Assembly (NCBI GenBank): GCA_902491155.1
Contig: CABUGH010000006.1
Coordinates: forward strand, 2,805 to 66,804
DNA: 64,000 nt
Direction of reading: 5' to 3'
Source of the DNA: an uncultured Clostridium sp.
GTDB lineage: Bacteria > Bacillota > Clostridia > TANB77 > CAG-508
Part shown: positions 37,157-46,341 of the stretch, one piece after another
Numbering within the stretch: position 1 is the stretch's first letter
How the letters are laid out: each line of letters starts with the position of its first letter
Position numbers and translations under genes: made by a program
Notes under the pieces: model-generated
What the model saw: the letters and a program-made list of their open reading frames with translations, nothing else
Told to the model about the DNA's origin: nothing
The model's database searches: none

Positions 37157-38515
37157 TTACAAGTCGGTAAAGTCTGAGAAACTTTCAATTTCACTTTCAA
37201 ACATAATAATTTTCTGCAACTCTGAAAGGAAAGTCAAAAGTTTTACTTTTTTACCACTTTCATATTTCTGCACAAAATCATTGACAAATTTTGAAAATTT
37301 CATACGAACTGTCATGGTTTGTTCAATAGGAATGTTAGCTTCTACAAAAATAATATCAAAAGCCATTCTTCCTTTTTTGACAGCTGTACTTGCGATTTCA
37401 ACAATTTGTTTCTGTTCTTTTACAGACATATTGTTTAATCCCATTGCTCCTAAAACATAACGAACTCTTTCCTCAACAGGCTGTGTTTTATCGACACTTG
37501 CTAATGTTTCCTCAAACTCTTTAATTTCTGGCATACATTCCATTTTTACTCTTGGTTTAGGAAAGACTGTTTCATTGAATTTGTCAGTTTTTTCTTCAAA
37601 ATTTGTTGTTGTCTTTTCCACGTCCTGTTTGCTAGAGTTTTCTTCTGTAGAATATTCTTCTACTTCCTTAAAAGAATACTCTTTATACTTTTTAGTTACA
37701 TTCAGAAATGACAGCATTGTTGCTGAATATTCTTTCAGTTTTTCGGAAACCTGTTGTCTAGACCAAATTTTGTCCCACTGTGTATAAAAAACATTTTTAT
37801 TTTTTAGAGCTTTTTCTAATTCTTTCCATGTAATCTTATCAACTTCTGCTGATACTATTATCAAACTTTTAAAGAATTCTTTCCTTTTGTCCATTTCCAA
37901 CCATTTTGCTACTAATTCAGCAAAATGTTCAAAAGAGTTAGATTTTTTTGCAATTTCTTCTAATTTTGGAATATTTATAGTTGGCTCTGACTTTGTCTCT
38001 TTCTTGGGTTCTAACTTTTTGGTGGCTGGTCTGCCTCTCTTCTTTTTTGGCTGTTCCGTCTGTTCAGAGTTTTCATTCTCTGCATTTGTCGGTTCAGACT
38101 GTTCGAAGTTTTCGCTCTCTACATTTGTCTGTTCAGGCTGTTCGGAGTTTTCACTCTCTACATTTGTCTGTTCAAGCTGTTCGGAGTTTTCACTCTCTAC
38201 ATTTGTCTGTTCAATTTTCTCGGAACTTTCTACTCCTACATTTCTCTGTTTAGAGTCATTTTCTGCTTCAACCTGTAAGTCTTCATCTTCTTTGTACTCT
38301 TTCAAGTTCTTACCGTAGTTCAGTTCAATAACTTCACAATGGTTTATTGCATCGATGATAGCCATAGGAGGCTCCCGAAAAACAATCTCCAGTTTTGCTT
38401 CTTTTCCTCTTACTACAATACTACTTGTAGGATTAAAGTCCTGAAAGAATGCTCTAATCAAATGTTCTGCATTCTTTTCTTGTTTAAACTTTACCTTTAC
38501 CCAAAACTTACTCAT
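37157..38515 (-). CDS. Hypothetical protein with acidic 13-aa tandem repeats and an AT-hook-like KKRGRPATKK
   Basis: 452 aa from MSKFWVKV, which has a perfect AAAGGAGAA RBS. Repeats of the form EQTNVESENSEQ(L/P) precede the RGRP core motif. No other motif was recognised. Confidence 0.6.
   Translation of the reverse strand: MSKFWVKVKFKQEKNAEHLIRAFFQDFNPTSSIVVRGKEAKLEIVFREPPMAIIDAINHCEVIELNYGKNLKEYKEDEDLQVEAENDSKQRNVGVESSEKIEQTNVESENSEQLEQTNVESENSEQPEQTNVESENFEQSEPTNAENENSEQTEQPKKKRGRPATKKLEPKKETKSEPTINIPKLEEIAKKSNSFEHFAELVAKWLEMDKRKEFFKSLIIVSAEVDKITWKELEKALKNKNVFYTQWDKIWSRQQVSEKLKEYSATMLSFLNVTKKYKEYSFKEVEEYSTEENSSKQDVEKTTTNFEEKTDKFNETVFPKPRVKMECMPEIKEFEETLASVDKTQPVEERVRYVLGAMGLNNMSVKEQKQIVEIASTAVKKGRMAFDIIFVEANIPIEQTMTVRMKFSKFVNDFVQKYESGKKVKLLTFLSELQKIIMFESEIESFSDFTDL
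38053..38247. repeat. 39-bp tandem repeat x5 (in frame, inside the CDS)
   Basis: Units at 38053, 38092, 38131, 38170 and 38209. The central three are nearly identical (gttcaRgctgttcggagttttcactctctacatttgtct) and the outer two are degenerate. Confidence 0.85.
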
Positions 38516-38653
38516 CGTGTTTCTCCTTTCATTGTTAAAAGTTTTTAATAGGTACAAATGTATCTTGGTATTTCCATGATCTTTCAATATTTAGCAAATT
38601 AAACAATTGCCAAAATATAATAAATACACTGGAAATCTTCCAATACAGCTAAT

Positions 38654-38682
38654 ATTATACTATAAATTTACATAATTTGCAA
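38654..38682 (-). promoter_or_regulatory. Sigma-A promoter for the repeat-protein/SSB module
   Basis: Minus strand reads TTGCAA (38682-38677), 17-nt spacer, TATAAT (38659-38654). Confidence 0.65.
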
Positions 38683-38713
38683 CCACTAATAAAAAATAAC
38701 TATATAAATATAG

Positions 38714-39610
38714 TTATCTTTCTTCTCTATCAATAATTGTTTTTAATCTATTTTTATTTTTTTCATTTTTAGGGTTTATTTCAATAATATCTCTTAACTG
38801 TTTTATGACTTCTTGTTCATCTCTTTCTTCTTTGGCTATAGATATTAACTGTTCTCTAATTTCAATACTGTTTGGAAATTTGTCAAGTGCCTCGTATGCC
38901 CATAATTTTGCATCTTCTAAATTTCCTATTTTTTTCTCAATATGTACTAATTGTCTATATGCCATATAACTGCTTGTTTCTTCAGCTAATGCTATAAGTT
39001 CTTCTCTTGCTTTATCTATTTTTCCTGACCTAAAATAGGCAAATGCTATTAGATTTCTTTTTTCTTGTTCTTTTTGTGGGTTAGCAATAATTTCAGTTTT
39101 ATATCTATTTATTGTTTCTTCATAATCTGGTTTTACATATTCTTCATGTACTTCATTTTCATATTGTTCCTCTTCAGTTATAGGCTCTTTTATATTTTGT
39201 TTTTCTTTTTTTCTAATATTACTACTTTTTCTTTTTGGTATTTGGACATTTAGTTCTTCCAATACCTCATCTATGCCACTTGAAAATCCTAGCTTTTTCC
39301 TTTCATTTTCTATTTCTAGCAAATCTTCTTTATTAACAATTGTTTTATTTGCATATGCTCTTAATTTTAATAATATATTTTTTTCTATAATGTTACTATC
39401 TGTCGTTTCTATAAAATTATTTAATTTATCTATTGCCTCCGTAATTTTTCCATTTTTAATTGATTCCTTTGCAAATTGTCGAAGTTCTAATCTTTTTTTA
39501 TATTCTTGCAATTTTTCAATTGGAATATCTAGTTCAAAAGATAATAGCTCTATATCAAATCCATTATAAATTAGCCTTATTATCTCTTCTGTTTCGTTTA
39601 GTCCTATCAT
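38714..39610 (-). CDS. TPR-like protein sharing its N-terminal domain with the ORF at 34626-35984
   Basis: 298 aa with a shared N-domain. The C-terminal ~110 aa are TPR-like (AFAYFRSGKIDKAREEL…GNLEDAKLWAYEALDKFPNS…). Confidence 0.6.
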   Translation of the reverse strand: MIGLNETEEIIRLIYNGFDIELLSFELDIPIEKLQEYKKRLELRQFAKESIKNGKITEAIDKLNNFIETTDSNIIEKNILLKLRAYANKTIVNKEDLLEIENERKKLGFSSGIDEVLEELNVQIPKRKSSNIRKKEKQNIKEPITEEEQYENEVHEEYVKPDYEETINRYKTEIIANPQKEQEKRNLIAFAYFRSGKIDKAREELIALAEETSSYMAYRQLVHIEKKIGNLEDAKLWAYEALDKFPNSIEIREQLISIAKEERDEQEVIKQLRDIIEINPKNEKNKNRLKTIIDREER

Positions 39611-39811
39611 AATATTTTATTCTCCATTCTAAATTGATTATATTCTTATTATCTTCCGTATTTATGGGGTTAATCATTGGCTTAATAATTATTGTTCTTC
39701 ATTATAGCATAATTTTAATGGAATTTCCATAATTTTTTCTTGTTTTTATAAACATTATAGTGTTTATAATATGACATCCAAATTATTATATAATAAAAAA
39801 AGTGATTAATT

Positions 39812-40072
39812 ATGAGTTTGCATAAAAAATATGAAAATAACTTGAATGTTATTTCTGATAATTTTAAAAAAATTAGAACAAATAAAAATATTTCTTTATC
39901 TTCTTTATCAAACAAGCTAATGCTAATGGGAGTTGATATTTCAAAACAGTCTTTATGTAGAATAGAACAAAATAAAAGGTCTGTTAGAGATTATGAATTA
40001 TCATGTATAGCTTTAGCATTAGAAATATCAACTGATGAACTACTAAAAAAATTTACTGATAGCATAAAATAA
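39812..40072 (+). CDS. XRE-family HTH transcriptional regulator
   Basis: NFKKIRTNKNISLSSLSNKL…ISKQSLCRIEQNKRSVRDYELSCIALALEISTDELL is an HTH_3 pattern. It is divergent from the TPR gene. Confidence 0.75.
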   Translation: MSLHKKYENNLNVISDNFKKIRTNKNISLSSLSNKLMLMGVDISKQSLCRIEQNKRSVRDYELSCIALALEISTDELLKKFTDSIK

Positions 40073-40188
40073 AAGACTGATAGTCTATTTGTATTACTAT
40101 TAGTCTTTATTTTTTTGATTTAGTATCTAAAATATATATGAATTCATTATATAATTAAATATATCATTAAATCATTTAATGTCAATAT

Positions 40189-40539
40189 CTATTTTATTAA
40201 TTCATTAAAATCAGAAAACATTGCAATGAGAACATCTTTGATTATTTTTAACTGTTTTTCATCACATTTTTGAATTATATTTTCAATTATCTCTTTATCA
40301 GAATAATTATTTTCTTCCACATTACCTCCAAATAATAAGTCATCTGCATGTATATTCATGGATTTGCAAAATTGATATAAAGTGTGAATCATATATTCTG
40401 CAATAGCCTCATCTGTATCAATACTTTTTTGGTATAAAACATCTTGTGGCTCATCATTTTCTACAGATAAATTTAGTATCTTTTTCTTTTCGTCAATATT
40501 TTTTTGCAATTCTATTAAACTTTTCATATTTTCCTCCAT
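40189..40539 (-). CDS. Hypothetical protein (weak Spo0E-like N-terminus; the C-terminus resembles the tail of an HTH_3 domain)
   Basis: LIELQKNIDEKKKIL…VLYQKSIDTDEAIAEY loosely fits Spo0E-like phosphatases. FCKSMNIHADDLLFG resembles the end of an XRE HTH. Confidence 0.3.
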   Translation of the reverse strand: MEENMKSLIELQKNIDEKKKILNLSVENDEPQDVLYQKSIDTDEAIAEYMIHTLYQFCKSMNIHADDLLFGGNVEENNYSDKEIIENIIQKCDEKQLKIIKDVLIAMFSDFNELIK

Positions 40540-40584
40540 TCTCTTATATTAATTTACTTATAATCGCACAGTGAAATACTATCA

Positions 40585-40806
40585 TTGACTCCTCTTACAG
40601 ATAAACAAAAATGTGATATTGTTATGGAATTTGATTCACTATTAAGAGAATCATGCCTATTTGAACTAATAAGAACATTGACTTTTAATGAAAATTTGGT
40701 GTTCTTTTTGTTTTACCTAAAAGATTATAAAAATATAGAAGTAGCAACACTTCTGAATAATAGTGAAAGAACAATATTAAATAGAAGAAAATCTATAGAA
40801 AATTAA
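40585..40806 (+). CDS. Sigma-70 region-4-like fragment (TTG start)
   Basis: LTFNENLVFFLFYLKDYKNIEVATLLNNSERTILNRRKSIEN resembles region 4.2 of ECF-type or phage-type sigma factors. At 73 aa it is too short to be a full sigma factor. Confidence 0.35.
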   Translation: MTPLTDKQKCDIVMEFDSLLRESCLFELIRTLTFNENLVFFLFYLKDYKNIEVATLLNNSERTILNRRKSIEN

Positions 40807-40834
40807 ATTAAGAAAATGAAAGGAGAATTATAAA

Positions 40835-41484
40835 ATGAGTAATATTTTTAATAACTATACTTTAAGCAATGAAGAAATATAAAAAATTATTGAGGACTTT
40901 AGACCAGATATTAAAAAAGCCTCTAAAATAAATGGAAAAATTTAAGTATAGAAGAACAAATAGCAGTAACTAATATTTTATTATCTGAATATAATGGAAT
41001 CGCATATTTAACATTATTCGTTTTAGGAGTCAGAGCAAGTGAGCTATCAGGATTTTTATGGAAAGATTTAGATGATGTAGTAAATGGAATTAGTATATAT
41101 GATGATGACTTAAATAGAGTAAGGTCAGAAAGAAAATATACTGAATTAAAGTCAGAGGCTAGTGAAAGAATTGTACCAGTTATGCCAATATTAAAAATAG
41201 CATTAGAAAATTACAAAGCTGAAATAATGAAATAATTAGGAATTACAGACGAGCTGTTAGACAATGAAAGTATGTTTAAGACTAAAAATGAAAATAATAT
41301 AACAGCAGATTATTTAAGACATAGATTGCACTATGTTCTAAAAAATATGGTTTTGAAAAACAAAAAACAACAAGAAAATATATCTACTAAAATTGAAAAC
41401 CAAAATACTAATATTATTTCAACAACAAATGCAGTTAAAAAATACAAATTAAAACGTAGGACAATAAAAAAATTAGCAGTATAG
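40835..41484 (+). pseudogene. Decayed tyrosine recombinase/integrase
   Basis: Good RBS (AAAGGAGAA) and ATG at 40835, but a stop occurs after 15 codons. A later frame gives LFVLGVRASELSGFLWKDL (catalytic Arg box), and another gives ITADYLRHRLHYVL (degenerate HxxR box). Multiple stops and frame changes are present. Confidence 0.6.
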
Positions 41485-41660
41485 TGGTCTTGTCAGATAA
41501 TACAAAAGAGTGTATTAGAAGAGCAATTAAACAAGTAAAGTGATGCTCTCTATATAGGTTTATTATAAATGGTTGTGGGAACAAATTAGGGCAAAATTAG
41601 GGCAGAATTAAAAGTACACCACTAAAAGCTACTGATTTCAGGCACTTGAGAATTAATGCC

Positions 41661-41712
41661 CGTTGGGCTCATAACCCAAAGGTCGGTAGTTCGAGTCTAC
41701 CCCCCGCAACCA
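41661..41712 (+). repeat. 52-nt exact copy of the 3' two-thirds of tRNA-fMet (att-like remnant)
   Basis: CGTTGGGCTCATAACCCAAAGGTCGGTAGTTCGAGTCTACCCCCCGCAACCA equals the anticodon stem through CCA of the gene at 34420-34495, but on the opposite strand. Confidence 0.9.
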
Positions 41713-41716
41713 AATA

Positions 41717-42400
41717 TTATTTTTTTACTATTATTTTTTCCTTTATCTCATTATATTTACTTTCTCCTATGCCATTAACGTTTTTTAGATCTTCTATATT
41801 TTTAAAGTTACCGTTATCTTTTCTGTATTGAATAATTTTATTAGCTGTTGATGGGCCTATTCCCGACAATGTTTCTAATTCTTCTTGTGTTGCTTTGTTT
41901 ATGTCTAATTTTTCTTCTTTCTCTTTTTTTGTATCTTCAATTGTATTTTCTGTTTCCAATCCGCTGTTTTTAGTAATATATTCTTCGCTAATTTTATTTA
42001 TATCTTTTTCATTATTTTCAGTTTGTGTAGGAATTCTTATTTTCATTCCATCTTCTAATTTGTATGCTAAATTTATATTAATTATATCTGCTTCTTCTTT
42101 TAACCCTCCTGCTTGTTCTATTGCGTCAGATATTCTACTTCCTTCTTCTAGTTCATATACACCTTCTTTTTTTATTGCTCCTGCTATATATATTATGATT
42201 TTTTCTGTATCATTTTCTTCGCTTTTATCTTCTGATATGTTGTTTTCTTTGCTTTGTATTGTTTCGTCTTCATATGGAATTATTGCATTTTGGTTATTTT
42301 CTGGTGTTTCTCTTCCATATACATAATATATTATTGCACCTAATAATACCACTAATATTGCTATTATTATTATTTTGGTTTTTTTATTTAATTCTTTCAT
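41717..42400 (-). CDS. comEA: ComEA-family DNA-binding competence protein
   Basis: N-terminal TM, an SLBB-like block (IYIAGAIKKEGVYELEEGSRISDAIEQAGG) and a C-terminal HhH pair (INKATQEELETLSGIGPSTANKII…LKNVNGIGESKY). Confidence 0.85.
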   Translation of the reverse strand: MKELNKKTKIIIIAILVVLLGAIIYYVYGRETPENNQNAIIPYEDETIQSKENNISEDKSEENDTEKIIIYIAGAIKKEGVYELEEGSRISDAIEQAGGLKEEADIININLAYKLEDGMKIRIPTQTENNEKDINKISEEYITKNSGLETENTIEDTKKEKEEKLDINKATQEELETLSGIGPSTANKIIQYRKDNGNFKNIEDLKNVNGIGESKYNEIKEKIIVKK

Positions 42401-42556
42401 TTTTTATCATCCTTTCCTACTATTTTTTATTTTATTTAATTATTTTTGCTCTTTCTCAGAATCAATAAAAAACATATTTTTTATTGATGTTTTTTATTGA
42501 AAAAAAGCATAAAATGATATATATTATATTAAAATGTTTTATAAAGGAGTTTTGAC

Positions 42557-43813
42557 GTGAATTTTAAAAAATTTTATATGGGCTTTTTCTTGTTTGTTAT
42601 ACTTATTTGTAGCTTTTTTACACAAGCTAATGCTGTTGTGGATATTCCTACCATAAATTCTGGATCTGTAGTGTTACTTGAAAATTCCACTTCGAAAGTT
42701 TTATTTGAAAAAGATATGAACAAAAAATTAGAGCCTGCTAGTATTACTAAAATAATGACTGCTATTTTAGCTATTGAAAATTGTAATTTGAATGATATTG
42801 TAACTGTTCCTTATGAGGCAATTTCTAATATTCCTTCTGGATATAGTGTTGCTCCACTTCAAGCAGATGAGCAAATTAGTGTGGATCAATTACTTAGAGT
42901 TCTTATGGTTCATTCTGCAAATGATGCAGCAAATGCTTTGGCATTTCATATTGATGGTTCTGTCTCTGCTTTTGCTGAAAGAATGAATGCTAAGTTGCAA
43001 GCTTTAGGATTAGCAGACTCTCATTTTACTAATCCAAGTGGACAGCATGATGACAATCATTATTCTACTGCGCATGATATTGCTATTTTAATGCAATACT
43101 GTATGAAAAATACAACATTTAAGACTTATGCCAGCTTAAAATCTTGTCATCTTTTTGCTACAAATAAATCTGCAGAACGTGATTTTGAAAATACAAATCC
43201 CATGTTAAATACTAGCAGCTCATATTATTATAAACCTTTAGTTACTACAAAGACTGGATTTACATCTCAAGCTATGTTTTGCTTAGCTTCTTTTGCTAGC
43301 TATAATAATTTAGATTTAATTTGTGTTATTTTACATGCTGATACTTCAGACATTCGCTTTAATGAGACAAAAAACTTATTTGATTATGGATTTCAAAATT
43401 TTGCTTTTAAAAACATTGCTAATAAAGGTGATTCTGTAACTGAAATTTCGGTTCAAAATGCCACAGAAGAAACTAAAAGTCTTAAATTAGTTTTGGCTGA
43501 TGATATTAATACATTAGTAGATACTTCTAAGCCTTTTGATAATGTTTCTCCTCAAATAACTTTGAAGGATTTACCTTCTGCTCCTGTTGCACAGGGAAAT
43601 GTTTTAGGTACTGCAACTTATGTTATTGATGATAAATCATATGTTGTTAATTTGCTAGCTTCACATGATGTACAATTGTCTACTTCACGTACTTATTTTT
43701 TACAAATTATTTTATTAGTTATTGTAGTAATTGTACTAATACTTCTTTTATTTTTTTGGAATACTGGAAAGAAAAAAGAAGAACTTCCTGAATCTAAAAT
43801 TAATCTGATTTAA
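42557..43813 (+). CDS. D-alanyl-D-alanine carboxypeptidase (PBP5/DacB-like), GTG start
   Basis: SITK (SxxK), HSANDAA (SxN) and TKTGFT (KTG), with a signal peptide and a C-terminal TM anchor. Confidence 0.85.
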   Translation: MNFKKFYMGFFLFVILICSFFTQANAVVDIPTINSGSVVLLENSTSKVLFEKDMNKKLEPASITKIMTAILAIENCNLNDIVTVPYEAISNIPSGYSVAPLQADEQISVDQLLRVLMVHSANDAANALAFHIDGSVSAFAERMNAKLQALGLADSHFTNPSGQHDDNHYSTAHDIAILMQYCMKNTTFKTYASLKSCHLFATNKSAERDFENTNPMLNTSSSYYYKPLVTTKTGFTSQAMFCLASFASYNNLDLICVILHADTSDIRFNETKNLFDYGFQNFAFKNIANKGDSVTEISVQNATEETKSLKLVLADDINTLVDTSKPFDNVSPQITLKDLPSAPVAQGNVLGTATYVIDDKSYVVNLLASHDVQLSTSRTYFLQIILLVIVVIVLILLLFFWNTGKKKEELPESKINLI

Positions 43814-43866
43814 ATTTAAAATATTTTATGCCCTATCTTTCACTAGATAGGGCATATTTTTAATGT

Positions 43867-45324
43867 TTATTCATTAAAATCTTTTCCTATTACTATTGTC
43901 AAGTGAACTTTACTGCTTAAATTCTTTTTATTTGATATGCTCCCTACTCCCAACAAATTTTTTATTTCTTTTACTTTGTCTGTTTCTAATTCTTTTTTAT
44001 TTGTGATGATTGTTTTTGATATTGATGTAGTTTTTCCTGTTTTAGTAACATCATATCCATTTTCTTTTAATAATTCTACTGCTTTTGTTAGTTTATTACT
44101 ATCTCCACTTCCATTTAATACTTCGATTTCTATATCTGAATTTTGTAATGTTTTACTTGATGAACTTGTATTTGTAGAATTACTTATTGTGTTGCTTTTC
44201 AATGTGTTTTTGCTTGTATTTTCTGTACTACCTTCTTCTAACTCATTTTGTTCTCCTTCATAAAATAAGTTTTGTATAAGTGTCTTTGTTTCTTTCTGAT
44301 CTGCTTCAAAAAACCACCATTGTTGTTTTGCTTTTTCTGGTAATTCTTTATTTGTTCCTGGTATTGTTTCTGTTGATAAATTTTCTGTATTAAATTCTAC
44401 TGCATAAGGTATATAATCTTTTATATATGAAAAATCTACATTTGTTTCTAAATATTTATTTGCTATATCTAATATTTGTCCTATTTTAAATACATTTCCA
44501 GGTTTTAGTGTTTGTTGCATTACAGCCATTAAAAATTCTCTTTGTGTTCTCATTCTTCCTGTATCATTGTCTCCATATTCTTCTGGATATGATGTGTTGT
44601 TATTGTTTTTTCTGAATCTTAACAATTGTTCTGCTTTTTCTCCGTTTATTTTTTGTTCTCCTGCTTTTAAATTTATATGTAGCTTTTGTGTTGGGTCATC
44701 ATATTTCATATCTATTGGTACATTAAATTCTACTTCTCCTATTGCATCTACTAATTTTATTAGTGCTTCTGTTTTTACTACTGCATAATATTTAATATCC
44801 AATCCTGTTAATGTGTTTACCGCTTCTAATGTTTTTTCTGCTCCTCCATAACTGTATAGACTATTTATTTTGTCTGATGGTGTCGCTTTTAATTTGTTTT
44901 TTCCTATGTATGTATCTCTTGGTATTGATAGCAAATTTGCTTTTTGTGTATTTGGATTATATGATGCTATCATTATTGTATCTGTTGGTGCATTGTCCCC
45001 TAAGTCTGTACTTACTCCTAATATTAATACTTTTAGTTCTGGTAAATTCTTTTTTGTATTTTCATCATGACCTACTACTGTTGCCAGCATTCCTGTCATT
45101 CCACCACCATTTTTATGTGTTTTATATGCAAACCACACTCCTAAACCTATTATTATGGCTAATATGCTAAATAGTACTATTTTTTTCCATAACTTCATTT
45201 TCTTTTTTGGTTTTTTATTTATTTTTTTGCTTTCTTGCTTTCCATGTTTATCTATATTTTTTTTATTTTCTTTTTTATTTTTTATTTCTTTATTCTTTTT
45301 CATTTGATCTTCATTTTTTTTCAC
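43867..45324 (-). CDS. LytR-CpsA-Psr (LCP) family protein with a LytR_C domain
   Basis: Lys-rich N-terminus plus TM. LILGVSTDLG…TDTIMIASYNP…LLSIPRDTYIG. C-terminal IEVLNGSGDSNKLTKAVELLKENGYDV. Confidence 0.85.
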   Translation of the reverse strand: MKKNEDQMKKNKEIKNKKENKKNIDKHGKQESKKINKKPKKKMKLWKKIVLFSILAIIIGLGVWFAYKTHKNGGGMTGMLATVVGHDENTKKNLPELKVLILGVSTDLGDNAPTDTIMIASYNPNTQKANLLSIPRDTYIGKNKLKATPSDKINSLYSYGGAEKTLEAVNTLTGLDIKYYAVVKTEALIKLVDAIGEVEFNVPIDMKYDDPTQKLHINLKAGEQKINGEKAEQLLRFRKNNNNTSYPEEYGDNDTGRMRTQREFLMAVMQQTLKPGNVFKIGQILDIANKYLETNVDFSYIKDYIPYAVEFNTENLSTETIPGTNKELPEKAKQQWWFFEADQKETKTLIQNLFYEGEQNELEEGSTENTSKNTLKSNTISNSTNTSSSSKTLQNSDIEIEVLNGSGDSNKLTKAVELLKENGYDVTKTGKTTSISKTIITNKKELETDKVKEIKNLLGVGSISNKKNLSSKVHLTIVIGKDFNE

Positions 45325-45509
45325 GTTTTTGCCTCCTCTTTTTTATGTTATTAGTATAGCAAAATTATTTTAAAAAGGCAATATTTATTATTTGTTTTTT
45401 GTAAAAATATATTGTATATAAAAATTTGCATTATGTAAATTTTAGTGGTATAATAATTGTATATACTTTGAAACTGATGGGTTTTATTTTATTTACAGGA
45501 GGACATATT

Positions 45510-45728
45510 ATGCAAATAACAGCAACAGAAAAATTTTATGAAATTAGCTTTTTAGGAAAGGAGAGTTTTGATAATTTTTTGAGATTTATTGATTATAATT
45601 ATCATGCATTTAATATTATATCTCAACCTCAAAAAAATTCTGTTAAGATTCTTATTGATTACAATTTTGATGTTGATAACTTTATTGCTCTTTTAGGTGA
45701 TCTTGTAATGAGAGCAATGATAGACTAA
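45510..45728 (+). CDS. Hypothetical small protein (72 aa)
   Basis: AGGAGG 7 nt upstream of the ATG at 45510. The ORF track's start at 45426 lacks an RBS. Confidence 0.4.
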   Translation: MQITATEKFYEISFLGKESFDNFLRFIDYNYHAFNIISQPQKNSVKILIDYNFDVDNFIALLGDLVMRAMID

Positions 45729-45735
45729 ACTCATC

Positions 45736-45765
45736 TAGGCCTGTGAGCAATTGCTCGCAGGCCTA
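45736..45765. terminator. Palindromic hairpin between convergent genes
   Basis: TAGGCCTGTGAGCAA / TTGCTCGCAGGCCTA, 15 bp with one G-U pair. Confidence 0.6.
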
Positions 45766-45768
45766 TAA

Positions 45769-46329
45769 TTATTTGACTAATAGTTCTATAACATTTTTGT
45801 TATACATCTCTTTTGCTATATATGATTCTTCTATTTTTGTGTGTATTTTATTTTGTGGATTTATTTGTCCTATAAAATTTATTATCATTAATGCTACATA
45901 TATTATTAATAATCCTCTTATTATTCCATATATTGCTCCCCCCAGTTCATTACATTGTTTTAGTATTGGTAGCTTTGCAATAATATCGGCTAGTGCTGTT
46001 ACAAATCTTAGTACAATTTTTATTAAAATATATAAGATTAGCATTACTCCTGCTCTAATAATATTATAAGTTAATTCTTTTGCAACTTCTGGTACCATTT
46101 TATCTGATATTTCATTTGTTTTTGCTTTTTCTATTATATGCTGCTCTATATTTTCATCTATATTTGTTTTATTTATTACTAAATTTGTTATTGGTCTATA
46201 TAATATTAATGCAACTACTATTGCTATAATTCCAGCACATAAGCCTATGCCTAATTTTACTAAACCTTTTTTATATCCTAAAAATATTGATAATGCCATT
46301 ATGGCTATAATTGTAATATCTGCTAACAT
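45769..46329 (-). CDS. cvpA: CvpA-family membrane protein
   Basis: 186 aa with four TM segments. The start DITIIAIMALSIFLGYKKGLVK is typical of CvpA. Confidence 0.65.
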   Translation of the reverse strand: MLADITIIAIMALSIFLGYKKGLVKLGIGLCAGIIAIVVALILYRPITNLVINKTNIDENIEQHIIEKAKTNEISDKMVPEVAKELTYNIIRAGVMLILYILIKIVLRFVTALADIIAKLPILKQCNELGGAIYGIIRGLLIIYVALMIINFIGQINPQNKIHTKIEESYIAKEMYNKNVIELLVK

Positions 46330-46341
46330 ATTTTTCTCCTT

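Noticed and set aside
38714-39610. TPR protein as an RRNPP-type quorum-sensing receptor
   Set aside because: Only about three TPR-like motifs are present. No canonical HTH is recognisable and no small exported-peptide ORF sits adjacent. The downstream gap instead holds the promoter of the next operon.
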